A DNA stretch of 64,000 bases from assembly GCF_009914755.1 (NCBI RefSeq), contig NC_060930.1. The stretch is one strand, 5' to 3'. A program made the position numbers and the translations under genes. Every line of letters begins with the position of its first letter. The first letter of the stretch is position 1. The notes under the pieces were generated by a model. The model saw only the letters and a list, made by a program, of their open reading frames with translations, was not told where the DNA came from and searched no databases. This document shows positions 14,801 through 29,440 of this stretch, in pieces. This DNA is from the human T2T-CHM13v2.0 reference genome, Homo sapiens.

Positions 14801-14937
14801 CAGTGGTTCTTGAACTTATCTGCATATTAGAATCAGTGGGGGAGCTTTTAAAATGTACTGATACCTGAACTTTACCCACATCAAATTAGAATCTCTTGGG
14901 GTGGGGTCAGGCATTCAGATTCTATTTTTAAAGCTCC
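14801..14937. mobile_element. MER5A/B
   Basis: cagtggttcttgaac...ttagaatca...ttagaatctcttggggtgggg. Confidence 0.65.
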
Positions 14938-15099
14938 TTCCTATCCCAAGATAACCAGCAGTAGACAGAGCAGACATAATGGCCATTAGTTACCACTCAA
15001 TTCACAGTGCTAAAAATCTCAGCTGCCACCTGGTTTCAGCCCCTTCAATTTCTATTATTTCCTCTCCTAATATAACACAGAAAAAAATACTTTGGGGCG

Positions 15100-15380
15100 C
15101 AAGGTGTCATCATCTGCTGAAATTGAGGGCAGTATCCCTTCTAACTACAAAGCCTAAAGAAACTTTTGGACAAGTGCATAGAGATGTACAAGAATGTTAA
15201 CTGTTACTTTGATTGTAATAGCAAAAAACCTGGAAATAATCTAAATGTCCATCAACAGGAGAGTGGCTAAATAAAGTGTGGTGGTAGATTCATATTTTAG
15301 AATGCTATACTGCGTGAGAATGAGTGAATCAGAGCTACATATGCCAACATCAGAACAAAGTGACTAAGATTTTTTTAAAG
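15100..15380 (+). mobile_element. Old L1 (L1ME-like) fragment
   Basis: gtaatagcaaaaaacctggaaataatctaaatgtccatcaacaggagagtggctaaataaagtgtgg. Confidence 0.65.
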
Positions 15381-15854
15381 TTAGAGGCTGCTGTGACTGA
15401 CTTCTTAGGAACTTGGAGGTTCACTTTGGCAGGCAGGTTTTCTTGTAACAGGGGGTTCCTGAGTGTGTACTAGCACTGTGACAGCAATAAAACTGGGTTG
15501 CACAGCATAGATGCCTCCTTCCAGCTGGTAGGGTTCATTTTGTCTGTTCTGAGGAAACAATTTCCTCCTGGGATAGAGTTAAATCCCACAAGAATTAGGT
15601 AGTGCTGTTGGATCTTAAAATATCTGCATTGCAATCCAGAAGCTTCATGGACTTGACACCATTTTAGTACAGGTTCCTGAGTTGCTTTTTGAACGGGTGC
15701 AAAGTCTGATGCTGCATTCTCATCCATCATTCCCTCTCATTGTCCACACAGAGGAATAAATCTATTAGAAATGCAGATGTTACTGTGAACCCAGGATCTC
15801 AAGGTTGTTAATCTCATTTGGCTTTTCTAGGTTGCTGACAAACGTTTATTTTTA

Positions 15855-16049
<195 letters not shown>

Positions 16050-16225
16050 TCAAATAGAGTAGAGATGAAGAAACTTATTCATCATGGCTTCAGATGTGTC
16101 ATGTTGGCACATTAAAACATGGGTTTAGTTTCAGCCTGCGACAAATGAACCGATGAACCCGACCGTAATAATAATTACCACTTACCACATACCATGTGCT
16201 CAATTGCCTTATTTAATCCTGAAAA

Positions 16226-16395
16226 TAGTGGATCTCAACCTTTACTGTACATCAGAATCACCTGCAGTCCTTACTAAAACACAGATTGCTGAGCCCTATC
16301 CCCTACATTTCTGATTCAGGAGGCCTGGGATGGGGCCTGAGGGTTTGCATTTCTAATAGATCCCCAGGCTATGCTGTTGGCTGCCAGTCCACTGT
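16226..16395. mobile_element. MER5A
   Basis: catcagaatcacctg...tttctgattcaggaggcctgggatggggcctgagggtttgcatttctaa. Confidence 0.8.
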
Positions 16396-16454
16396 CCCAC
16401 CACGCACCTACCAAATGTTTCCTTCTCTCCTTCTCTCTTTTCCTCCTTCCTTCC

Positions 16455-17035
16455 TTCCTTGGTGAAATTCACATAACATAAAATTAACCACTTGAAAGTG
16501 AACAGTTCAGTGGCAGTTAGTACATTCCTAACCTGCAACAACCACTTCTATCCAGATCCAAGCTCTTTTCATCACCTTAAAGGAACTCCTCTGCCTATTG
16601 CTACCAGTACTACCATTACCAGTTACCACCATTCCTGTCTCCCACTGGTCACTGGCAACCACCATGCTGTTTTCTGTCTCTACAGATTTACCTGTTCTTG
16701 ATATGTCCTATAAGTAGAATCACAGAATATGTGACCTTTTGTGTCTGGCTTCTTTCCCTTAGTATAATGTTTTCAAGGTTCATCTACATTGTAGCATTTA
16801 TCAGTATTTTAGTCCTTTTTATGGATGAATAATATTCCATCATATGGACATACTATAATTTGCTAATCCATTCATCCATTGATGGACATTTGAATGGTTT
16901 CCACCTTTTGTCTATTGTGAATAGTGCTGTTGTGAACGTGTGTGTACATATATTTTTTTGAGTACCTGTTTTAAATACCTAGGAGTCGAATTGCTGGGCC
17001 AGATGGTAATTCAATGCTTAACTTTTTAAGGAACT
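16455..17035 (-). mobile_element. L1MB-like 3' fragment
   Basis: ggtgaaattcacataacataaaatt...tccattcatccattgatggacatttg...ttgctgggccagatggtaattc. Confidence 0.8.
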
Positions 17036-17843
17036 GAGTGAGATTTTAAAGACGAGGAAACTGAGGTTTGTCCACATCACACACATTAGAATAGCAATGA
17101 TGGAATTTGAACATGGATGCAGGGCCAATGTCTGTGTTCTTTTCACTGTGCCATCTCTGTAGAATCTGAAGGTGGAAACCATACTTACAGATCACTTAAG
17201 AGATGGATCAAGGTATCTAGTGATGAGGTGAGGGCACTAATGGAACATGATGGATATTGATTTCTATTGCTGTGAACTTCATAAGCATTGCCAAGAATTA
17301 CTCATTTCATTTTGGAAGAGCTAGAATTGATTTTTGGATGAAACAAATTAATTTCCATATATTTGTCACCTTTTCTCATAAATATGAATCATTGAAAAGT
17401 TATACATTCCACTAAAGCTGTCATATAATTTAAGTTTTAATTATAACCCTGATAGGAAGGTTAGGAATAGCTGTGATTACGTCATTCTTATTATAACTAC
17501 TAGCGGGCATTTATTGTGTATTTGCCAAATATTAGGCACTTAAACACACAATAATTCATGCAATCCTCATAACAGTATGGGGTGTAGATCTTGATCATCC
17601 CCACTTTACAGATGAGAATAAGGAGCCCCAGTGAGGTTATGTAACTTGCTCTGGTAGGCAGCTCTCAGAGCCTGTTTTCTAAGCCACTAAGCTGTTTCTG
17701 TCTGGAAATCATGATGTGGGTCTATTTCTCAGTGAATTAATTTATAGACTACCAACCAATCTGAAAATAGAAAGGGCTTCATTTACATTTTAAAATGGTA
17801 AAAAATAATGTAGGGCAAAAAGAATAACTTTGGTAAACAATTA

Positions 17844-18104
<261 letters not shown>

Positions 18105-18428
18105 CTAAATAAATAGGCTGTTAATAACATATGGTTTAAATAGAACACCAGTAATGTATTTTTTTCATCTGTAGATCTGTTGCCAGGTGCAAAACATGCC
18201 TGAATGATTTATAATCTTGGTCCAAGGTTCTCTAGAGGACCAGTGAATAGCATTCAAAGTATATGAAACAAATGGGAAATTACGCAAAATGTTGAGTATT
18301 TCTGTAGAGGAGAGGGATCATAATGATCATTAGATTCTCAAAGAAGTTCATTATCTCCAAAATACTGGAGCTACTGAGTAAAGCATATGGTAAATATTGT
18401 GATTACCAATCTTGGGGGCACTTTTCTT

Positions 18429-18744
18429 TTTCTTTCTTTCTTTCTTTTTTTTTTTTTTTTTTAGACAGAGTCTTGCTCTGTTGCCCAGGCTGGAGTGCAG
18501 TGGCATGATCTTGGCTCACTGCAACCCCCGCCTCCTGGATTCAAGTGATTCTCCTGCCTCAGCCTCCTGAGTAGCTGGGATTACAGGCATGTGCCACCAC
18601 ACCCAGCTAATTTTTGTATTTTTTAGTAGAGATGGGGTTTCACCATGCTGGCCAGGCTGGTCTCGAACTCCGGACCTCAAGTGATCCACCTGTCTCAGCC
18701 TCCCAAAGTGCTGAGATTACAGGCATGAGCCACCATGCCAGGCC
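18429..18744 (-). mobile_element. AluS (Sx/Sz-like), about 400 nt upstream of the RCAN2 acceptor, sense to the gene
   Basis: Reverse Alu dimer; TSD gggcacttttctt (18416-18428 / 18756-18768). Confidence 0.95.
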
Positions 18745-18799
18745 TAGGGAGGGGTGGGCACTTTTCTTGCCTAAAAATATGGGATCCACTCCATCCAGT

Positions 18800-19110
18800 T
18801 TCCTAGTCAGGCAGTACCATTTGATTAGTCCTGGTCAATGAAATACGTGTAGAGTGCAGAAGAAAGCCCTCGAGTAATTTTTCAGTTTATTTCTCTGAAG
18901 AGGCCATGTGTTTCAAAAGGTACAGCTGTCAGAAACAGGATTCTCTTCACTCTGGGTCCCTGAGTGGCTGTATGAAGCAGAAATAGTTTTCTCCCGACTC
19001 CAACCCCATTCTATAGCCAACTCTGCCATAGCAAGGAAAAAAAAAATCTCTATTGCATTAAATCACTGAGATTTGAGAATTATTTTATTCCTACAGCATA
19101 ACCAAGCTAT
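18800..19110 (+). mobile_element. Old MaLR LTR fragment (MLT1I/J-like)
   Basis: ctgggtccctgagtggctgtatgaagcag ... aatcactgagatttgag...cagcataac. Confidence 0.5.
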
Positions 19111-22100
19111 CACAATACAAAGCAGTAATTAAAAACTTTAGACTCAATACACAATTTCAATTCAACTGAGTAAGTATCTATTAAATGCTTACTTTGTATG
19201 AGGCATGGTCTCTCTCAAGACTTTAAGAGGATACAGAGATGAGTATCACATTGTTCTGACCCTCAACCATCTAACAATCTAACATGTGAAGCAGATACAC
19301 ACAAGTAAGAGGACACCCAGAACACTGCAGAAAGGCATAACAGAAAACTAGAGAATTAAAAAAGAAAAAATATATAGGCATTATGTTAATACCATCTGTC
19401 TGATCTGTCTGGTTCCTCTTAGCCATAAAAATATCCTTATTATAAGAAAACTAGTATATGTTATAAGCTAGTGTGTTCTTAATAGAGAAACTTCCACTAA
19501 GGAAATTATATATACAACCAACCTGATTCTTTTATTTCAACAGTAAAAGGTAATTTCTCATAACAGTGAGTACAAGTAAGGATGGAGATGCATGAAATAT
19601 TAATACTGCAAGATTCATAGAATTTTAACTAGGAATGGACTTAAGAGATGATGAACTCAACCTTTTCCTCCTCACCTCCATCATTTTACGAGTCAGAACC
19701 CTGAGATCTGAAAAGATAAGGACTTACCCATGGGCACATGGACAGTCAGTAGCAGAGCCAGGACCAGGCCAAAGTCCTTGTGACCCTGACTAGAGAGATA
19801 CTGTCAACTTGATAAAGAATTATACTGTCAGGTTGATAGGAGGAGATGCTTATTTTAATAAGAGCATTTATATTTAATTAGATCACATCTAAGAGAATCA
19901 ACATAGTGAGGTGGGGTTGTAAAAACACTGACTTCTGAGGCTCCACAGGAGGAGTAACTCGAATGTCAGGGAAGGTCTTCCTGCCTCTTGGGCATCCAGA
20001 TCAACTTGTATCAGACCTTCAAGCCCATGTTGGTGATGATTCCATACCCTGCTGCCCATTTCTGAGAATCCCCAGGCTGCAGTTCCCCCTCCTATCTTTG
20101 ACTCCTTTGTCTGCCCACACTCTTCTCTTTTATACCAGTCCAAGGACCCCAAAGAATACAATAAAAGCTTTTGCTTTTTTTGTGACATTTGTGGAGATTT
20201 GAGGGGTTCTTTCTCGCATTTTCAGTTTTTTTCTTATACTCCTTTTCCCATCACGAACAAAACAAGAATTTTTCCTTGTCTTATGCAGAGCAGGCTTTTT
20301 GTCTCCCTTCATCTCTTAAGCCTTGGGATCAGCCAACTCCCAGACTCAGGGCTTCAGCTACCACTCCAAGTAGTCTCATTACGGAATTCTGTCCCAACAA
20401 TACTGTGTTTTCCTGAGCAGGAATACTGATGACTAAAATGCATTCTGTTTCCTCACAATGAGAGTACTCTGAACTGGTCAAGTCACAGCTGGTAGTTTGA
20501 TTAGTTTGGGAAGTTTTCAGGAATAGGAGAATTAAGAGATTAAAAACTCTTGTTTCTATATAGAGTATAATATTTTTTTAAGGACAGAATCCTTGGGTCT
20601 TCTTTGTGGCTGGTATGTTTTTCCATTTCCAGGGTGGGAGTTTCACCTTCTCATCACCTCTCCAATGCCTAAGCTTGGGCCATTAAGTCTAGCTTTTGAA
20701 AGCGAGGTGCTTTTTCCTTTGAGTCTAATTCCTTCCTTTTCATTTCATATCTCATTTTTATGCTTCACATCTCAGTTTATCAGAGCAGTTTGGCCTCAAG
20801 AGACTGCATTAGGAGCAAAGAATCAAGGACTCCAGGTTTTAGGCTTAGAGGGTGCTGACAATGTGCTACCTCCTTGGTGAGGCATTGGCAGACATCGAGA
20901 ACATCTTGTTCCCACTGATCCTCAATAGAAGGCTCCAGGCACCAACTCCCACCAAGTTAGAATTGGCCGTTGACGTGAAACTCTTTGATATTCCTTGTTT
21001 TGGGCTTAGGCTGAAAAACAAAAGGAGCTCTTGCACCAAACCTGGGGTGTAGTCCAGAGCTCAGGCACCAGGTTTTTCACTGGATCATATGGGGCTTAAA
21101 GTCCACAATGATGATAATAATAAACAGCTGACATTTACTCAGCATGTCCTCTCTTTCAGGCCTTTTGGGACCTTTATTTGTAGGGGTGACAGTTGTCCAA
21201 GAATAGGGACTTGCTAGCCTTCTCTATTTTTGTTTCCATTGGTGACATTACACACATATCATTTGCTGAGGCAACAAGATACCAGACCAAATTAGTTAGA
21301 GGCAGATCCAGCACAATGAAGCCACCAGATGTACACTGAGGCAAAACAGTGTCACCAAAAGCACTAGCTGTAGGAATTCTCCACCTGCCATTACAGAAAA
21401 TCTTCTGTGGTCTTGATGTGCAGGTTCTCACCAGGGACACAATAATATTTTGTTGTCCTCTGGCTCCCATTTTTCTCCAGTTGTGTTGCCCAACAAATCC
21501 AATAAATTATTAATTTCTCCTCGATCGTTAGTTCTCTTTGTAGCATCCTGTTTGAATAAAGTTCCACAGCAGCGATCTCAAGCTCTTTGGTTTCAGGACC
21601 TCTTTACACTCTTAATAATTATTGAGGATCCTAAAGAATTTTTGTAAATGTGGGTTTTATTTAACAATGTTTATTGAACTAGAAATTACAACTGAGAAAC
21701 TTGAAAATATTTATATATAAATCTATTTAAAAGTAATAATAATAAGCCCTTTGTTTGTTAACATAAACTTTTTAATGAAAAATAACTGTTTTCCAAAAGA
21801 AGAAAAAGTTTAATGAGAAGATTGACATTGTTTTACATTTTTGCAAACCTATTTAATTTCCACATTAATAGAAGACACCTGGATCTCATATCTGCTTCTG
21901 CATTCAATCTGTTGCACCAAGTTGTTTTGACTGAAGGGTATGAAGAAAAACTGGCCTCATCCAAATATGCGGTTGGAAAAGGGTGGAGTATTTTAACAGC
22001 CCTTCAAATAATTGTGAGTATTCTTCATTGATATCTCATCAAAACTCAATAAGTAGTAGTTTCTTAAAGTGTACTGCATAATCACATAACATTTTATATG

Positions 22101-22271
22101 ATTTTATTAAGATCCATTTATCTATTTTTCACTTTGAATAAATTTTAACCCATGCAATGATTTCATAATAGTGTACATTAATCATTTAGACAATATTGGT
22201 TCCCTGAGTTATATAACTTTTCCAACTTGACCAATTTCAATACAGTGTTAAAAATCACATTCATTAATACT

Positions 22272-22317
22272 ATAGTTTGGTGCAAAAGTAATTGTGATTA
22301 TTGCCATTACTTTTAAT
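22272..22317. mobile_element. Half MADE1 (Hsmar1 MITE)
   Basis: agtttggtgcaaaagtaattgtgattattgccattacttttaat matches one arm plus the centre of MADE1. Confidence 0.8.
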
Positions 22318-22837
22318 CTATCTACCATCTATCTTATTCAAAAGCTGTGGAATTCACATTGGTGGATACAAGTTTTCCAAAATTTTAATTTTTGCTTGAA
22401 AGCTCATTCTTTATTATTGGGCAACACACACTTTCAGTTATTTTTCTTATAGTAGCAGATTCATTTCATTCATTTTTGAGAAACTGTCTGCCAAATACCA
22501 AAGTGTCCATAACTATACTTTGCCTGTCAGTTGTTTCTTCAAGTAAAAATGGTGTTCCATGAGAAAAGTACCAAGGGCAGCTTAGGACAGCTTAGAATGT
22601 TTCCTCCAGTCAAACATTGTATTTCTGGATGTCACAGAAGTGCTTCTCATGTGTACTTTCCATTTTTTTACTCAGAATATTACAAAGGTATGTGCTTAAG
22701 GTTAAAGGGTTAAAAAAATGAATAAAACTTACTGCCTTATCAAGGACATTTCTAAGTAAAATTGGCATTTTCTTTTTCTGCTTTTTTTCTTTTTTCTTTT
22801 TTTAACTGTGAGTGTGTGGCTGTGATGAATAGAAATA

Positions 22838-23178
22838 CAGTCATGCACTGCATAATGAAGTTTTGGTCAACAATGGACTGCATATCTGACTGTGGTCCCA
22901 CAAGATTATAATACCGTATTTTTACCATACCTTTTCTATGATTAGATATATTGAGATATACAAATACTTATGTGTAAAAATTGCCTACCGAATTCAGTAT
23001 AGTAATATGCTGTACAGGTTTGTAGCCTAGGAACAATAGGCTGTACCATAGAGCTTGGATGTGTAGTACGCTATACCATCTAGATTTGTGTAAATACACT
23101 CTATCATGTTCACACAACGAAATCACCTAAGGACACATTTCTCAGAACATCTTCCTGAGGTTAAGCGACACATGACTG
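22838..23178. mobile_element. Tigger3a-like MITE, full length
   Basis: TA|cagtcatg ... catgactg|TA; 341 bp with TA duplication. Confidence 0.88.
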
Positions 23179-23820
23179 TACTGCTAGCACAATTTGGTGG
23201 CACTGCACTGATTCATGCTAAAGTACCAGCAGTTTTAACTACCATTGCTTTTGCACCATGGGTATAAATGTCAACACAATTTAAAAGGTAAATGATACCT
23301 TTGTATTACTATGAAAATAGTTTTGACAACATAGGAACTGGTATTGGGATCCCTCATGAGTCTATAAACCACACACTGAACACTGCTGTACAACAGGATC
23401 TCAGAAGTAAGGATCCAGTTGGCTTGGGGAAAGACAGGAGGTCTAGTGAGACCCTTAAGGGTACAACATAATGGTCAGAAAAGAGCTGCCCTTCAAGGAA
23501 GTGTGATAATACTGGTATTGAATGCTGCAGGAAAGTCAAATAGGGTGAAGATGGAGATGACACCACTGGATTTGACAAATGGGCTGATGCTGATGACCTT
23601 ACTGAGAGAGCTGTTTGAACAGATGTGTAATAGATTAATTACAGATGGAGGAGTGAAGGGCAGAGAAAAAGCTGGAAAAAGAGTTTGGCAATGAAAACCA
23701 GGGAGCTGGGCTAACTATGTGGGCAGTCACGGTCACAAGCAGATTTTTGGTAGTGTGGGGAAACACTTATTGGCTGAAGAAATGAAACTAACAAAGAGGG
23801 AGAGAGAAGAGATAGTAAGG

Positions 23821-24235
23821 ATATGTTGAAGTCTGAACCCCAGGACCTCAGAACATGACCTTGTTTGGAAATAGGGTCATCAAAGATGTAATTAGTTAAA
23901 AAGATGTCATACTGAAGTGGTATGGGACCCTAATCTAAGTTGACTAGTGTCCTTATAAGAAAGCCATGTGAAGACAGAGAAACATAGGGAGAGTGTCCTG
24001 TGAAGACAGTGAAGTGGCACCTCTGCAAGCCAAGGAATGCTAAATATTGCTAGCAAACCACCAGAAGCTAGGAAGAAGCAAAAAAGGATTCTCCTATGGG
24101 ATCCAGAGGTATCACCGCACTGCTGACACCTTGGCTTTGGACTTTAGCCTTCAGAATTGTATGGTAATAAATTTTTATTGTTTTAAGCCACTCAGTTTGT
24201 GGCACTTGGTTACAACAGCCCCAGGAAACAAATAT
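23821..24235 (+). mobile_element. MaLR LTR (MLT1B/C-like)
   Basis: atatgttgaagtc...ccttgtttggaaatagggtc...ttggttacaacagccccaggaaacaaatata. Confidence 0.8.
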
Positions 24236-25211
24236 AGGCAGCCTTGCAGACCTACAGAACCAGATGACTCTGGGAAGAATACAGAGCACCTAATATAATT
24301 ACACCATTTCCCCCCAGGAGAGGAGGAAGTGGATATTTGGGTCATTCCAAGGTGATGAGTACAAGACAGGTGTGTGTGTGTGTATGTGTGTGTGTGTTGA
24401 GGGATAGGAGAAGAAACATGAAGGAATAACTTGAAAGGCTTGGCAAGTAGGCAATGAGATGCCCGACTATGAGAGGTTGTGAGGAAAGAAGAGAAACCAG
24501 GAGTATCACATTCAACTGAAAGAATGGGAAGATGTGAGACTTCAAGGTTCTGGATGAGTTAGAAAAATAAGTTTTGTAGGAATGACATAGTGGGAAAAGT
24601 AGAAGACAAAAAAATTGTAAACCCAAAAGATAATTTTGTAAGTTTAAGGTTTCAGAAGGTTTTCAGTGTCAGATGCCCTTAGGGTCAACATGAGGCACAT
24701 GAATGGAATTGTGATGGATGACAGGGTGAGGATGATGGGAATAGAGGCTAAAGAATAGCGAGGTAAGAGGATTGCACGGTGACCACCGACTCAGGAGGAC
24801 AACAGGAAACAGAGTTGAGGGACAACCATGAGCCAGATAAGCTGCGTGAGAAACAGGAGGAGTGACCTGGAGAGCCGCAGGGTATGGCAGCATAGACAGG
24901 AAGAAAAGAGTTCAACTGGAGGGCAGGGGCTTCACAGAGATCATCTATAAAAAGGGATGGAACAACAGTCTAGAAGCATAGGAGGAAGCCAGAGAATTCT
25001 AAGCCTAATATTCTGGGCTTCAGAGGTAGGGAACTGGAGAATAATCTGCCTAGCAATGTGTAATTGCGAGGGAATAAGCATTGCTCAGAGCAATTAAAGA
25101 CTTGGTAAGGAGAGGATATGGAGTGATTATTGTAGAGCACAAATGGTACTCTGAGAAAATCAATAATGGACTCTAGAGAAGAAAGTGGGAGAGGTTAGAA
25201 TAGGGGTTGGA

Positions 25212-25545
25212 GGCTGGGCACGGTAGCTCACGCCTGTAATCCCAGCACTTTGGGAGGCCGAGGCAGGAGGATCGCCTGGGGTCAGGAGTTCAAGACCAGA
25301 CTAGCTGACATGGTGAAACCCTGTCTCCACTAAAAATATAAAAATTAGCTGGGCGTGGTGGCACATGCCTGCAATCCCTACTACTTGGGAGGCTCAGGCA
25401 GGAGAATCACTTGAACTCAGGAGGTAGAGGTTGCAGTGAGCCAAGACTGTGCCACTGCACTCCAGCCTGGGTGACAGAGCGAGATTCTGTCTCAAAAAAG
25501 AAAAATAAATAAAATAAAATAAAATAAAATAAAATAAAATAAAAT
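25212..25545 (+). mobile_element. AluS with (AAAAT)n tail
   Basis: Full dimer; tail converted to a pentanucleotide repeat. Confidence 0.95.
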
Positions 25546-26508
25546 ATGTTCCAGGTAGAATGTCTGAAGATGTGCATGTGCTGCTTACCAAATAACAAAC
25601 ACAGATCCAGGCCGAACTCAGGCCATATTTGAAATAAAATGATTATATAGTGTCAAATATGAACATTTGTGGATGTTAAGGCTTCTACTTCTACCTTTAG
25701 ATGTATTTGCTTTTCTTAAGTAGTCTGAGATGTACGGACACAGGTATTTATTGCTGTCTTAGAGAGGCTTACTGTGGTTTTCCTTAAATCTTATTCACCT
25801 CTACTATAATTATTTGTTTCTTATTTGTGCCCCAGATTTTTAAAAAGACTCAAACATGGCTTATAAAGATATATTATGGCAAAATAAAATAAAGTAAAAT
25901 GGAAAACGAGAAGAGAAAAAGGGGGAAACAAGTGTAGAAACATACATTGAAGCCAAGAAGGAGGTCTGTTCCAAAAACTGAAAAGCTTCTCATAGATCCT
26001 TGAATATCACAATGAGTGGGCCAACATTTTGCCTGTAATCTTTCTTAACATTAACAGGATAGAGTAACCCTCATCAGTTATACAGTTCACAGGGTCTATG
26101 GAATAAAGATGGGCCTGATCTAAAAACCAGGCAGAAGGATCTGTCCAGCATCCTCATTAAAAAGATATTGTTATGCGGAGAGCACTGTCTTCAGTAATTA
26201 CAGAACATGAAACAAGCAGCGATTGGTCTGTTAGAGTTTCCAATCAGAATGTAAGCAAGTATTATTATTTTTTTCAATCAATAGCTTTCAGCAGTGACCT
26301 CAGTACTCAGGGAGTGCTCAATATGTTCTATTTGGTCAATATAAAAAAGTATTTTATAAAATATTAGGATATTAAAATATTACCCTCAATTTAACTCTAA
26401 ATCAGACAGGTGGCAGACAAATCATAACTTCTAAAATATTATCTCACTGAATCCTCAATAAGTCCTTTGAGCAAGAATTGGAATTTTTGTTGTCCTTGAG
26501 AAACCCAG

Positions 26509-26888
26509 TGTATTAGTCCATTCTCACACTGCTATAAAGAAATACCTGAGACTGGGTAATTTATAAAGAAAAGAAGTTTAATTGACTCACAGTTCCACAT
26601 GGCTGGGGAGGTTGCAGAAAACTTAACAATCGTGGTGGAAGGGGAAGCAGGCACGTCTTACATGGCAGCAGGAGAGGGAAAGAGAGTGAAGGGGGAAGAG
26701 CCGCTTATGAAACCATCAGATCTCGTGAGAACTCACTCACTATCATGAGAACAGCATGGGGAAAACTGTCCCCATGATCCAATCACTTCCCTCACTAGAC
26801 GGGTGGGGATTATAGGTCCCTCCCTCGACATGTAGGGATTACAATTCTAGATGAGATTTGGGTGGGGACGAGGAGCCAAACCATATTA
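26509..26888 (-). mobile_element. THE1/MST-type solo LTR, sense to RCAN2
   Basis: tgtattagtccattctcacactgctataaag ... gagccaaaccatatta; 380 bp; TSD cccag/cctag. Confidence 0.9.
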
Positions 26889-28072
26889 CCTAGAAAGCAA
26901 CTGAAAGCCAGAGAAGCTAATCACATACACTAAGTCACACAACTAGCCAGTTAGCAAAACCAAAACTAGTGAGTTCAAGTTATTTATACTGCATAAATAT
27001 CACTGATACATGCAGAGGAGTGAGAAGTCTCCAAACAGGAATAAGAAAACCAGCTTTCCTTGTCAATCCAAAAGAACAGTGCTGACTTTGAAGAAACAGC
27101 TACTAGGGAAGTCCACTGGTACTTTTGTCAGCTTTCCAAATGATGCTATATGCTTTATATATTTTTCAATTTTCACAATTATGATCCCTTTGGGCATAAA
27201 TTGCTTTAATAAGAAATTTGGCATCTCTCAAAATCACAAGGCTCTCATCTTTCAGATAATACCTACTAGAAACTGCCAAAGAGTAAAACCACTCCTTTAG
27301 GTTTATCACTTCTCAGTGGATACTATTGACAGGCCATGGGCAAATCCCATGTTGAAGAACCACTCTGGATGTGATGGGCGTCTCAGGAGGACCTCCTGGA
27401 CAGGATGCAGACTCCTTATGTGACGGGCATAACTGGCGTGCATGTGAGAGTTCCCACAGCTGGACTTTAACCTATCAGGATTTCTTAGGCCAGCCAAACT
27501 TGTATGAAATTATGCTTTGTTCCATTTGTGGTCCTGATGCTACCTAAATAAAAATCATTGTGAAAAGAGGAACTGCAATCTTTCTTCACTAACAAGAGAA
27601 GCAGACAGACATTGTGTCATATAACTGCTTCAAGAAAAGACAGCTTGCTGGTAAAGGTATAGAAGCCTTTATCCTTTCTCCCTGGAGTTCTTGTGAGAGG
27701 CAAAGATCTAATACTCAGCCTCAAACTCTAGAAGAAGCCACTTTGTTCTAAAACCTCATGGACTCATCACACACCTCTCTCAGTGGAGCAAGTTCCATGA
27801 TCCATGTTCCAGTCTATTATTTCTTTCCCAGTAGCGGTCCTAAAGTTCACTGTGGCTGAATAACATTGCTATTCAAAAGTATATTTTTAGTTTTCTTTAG
27901 TTAAGGAAATTTCCATTTCTCTGATTCTTCTTAGTCATCATCTAAACACTTAGAACTTGAAAAAACTCCAAGCCAACAAACAAACAAACAAAATAACCCA
28001 AACACCTCCAATACAAATAAAAACGTGTATGAGGACTATTAACTGGAATAACCTTTGAATGAGGGAGGCAGA

Positions 28073-28540
<468 letters not shown>

Positions 28541-28632
28541 GAGTGTGAAGTATGTACTGTGCAGTCACAAAATAATCTGGAGTCCAGGTTTTCAGAACAG
28601 CTAAAACAAGTACAGTGTTTCTATCACTGTAC

Positions 28633-29440
28633 TGTACAGAAAGAAAACCAAAACATTGGTTTTTCTATACTCTCACATTACTTCATTTCTGGTCATTAAC
28701 ACATGGAGTTTTTCTCACAGCAAGCAATTCTCCAGTTCTCTGTAGACACCCACTGGATGTCTTACGCTTTAACTCAATTCTGACTCTATCTGCCTGAAGA
28801 TAGTGCCAGATCCCAAAGGTTAAGGGCTCAGTACTCCAAGACTGCCCCACTTTGGACACCAATTGCACGTCCAGGCTTTGCTTCTGACCCACTAGTTATA
28901 AATTGGAAGTTCCCACAACCTCCTCCTCAGGTTCGATCATTTGCTATAATGGCTTACAGAACTTAGGGAAGCACTTTACTTATGCTCATCCTTTTATTAT
29001 AAAGAATACAACTCAGTAACAGTCAGATGGAAGAGATGCATAGAGCAAGGTATGCGAGAAGGGGCACTGGGCTTCCATGCTCCTCTCTGGACTAGACCAC
29101 GCTCTCAGTACCTCTACATGTTCAGCAACCTGGAAACTCCCTGAATGCTGTCCTTTGGGTTTTTATGAAGGCGTCCTTACACAGGCAGAATTGATCACAT
29201 CATTGCCAATTGGTGATCAACTCTAACTTCAGCATCTCTCCCCTTCCCAGAGGTCAGACAGTAGGCTGAAAAGCTGAAAGTTCTAACCCCATCCTGAGGC
29301 CACCCAGGGCCCCTAGTGTTCTCATTAGCATACAAAAAGACACTTATCACTGAGGAGATTTTCCAGGGGTTCTTGGAACTGTGTACCAGGAAACAGGGAG
29401 GAAGACAAAAAATATATTTCTTATTATATTAAAAATATTA
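28633..29440. mobile_element. ERV LTR (MER21-like)
   Basis: aactcaattctgactctatc...cagatcccaaaggttaagggctcagt...caagactgcccc hallmark. Confidence 0.7.

Larger units (their letters stand above)
21570..23385. mobile_element. Charlie1a-like hAT DNA transposon remnant with nested MITEs
   Basis: Starts cagcgatctcaagctctttggtttcaggacctctttacactctta, ends accacacactgaacactg; about 1.45 kb after removing the inserts. Confidence 0.75.
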
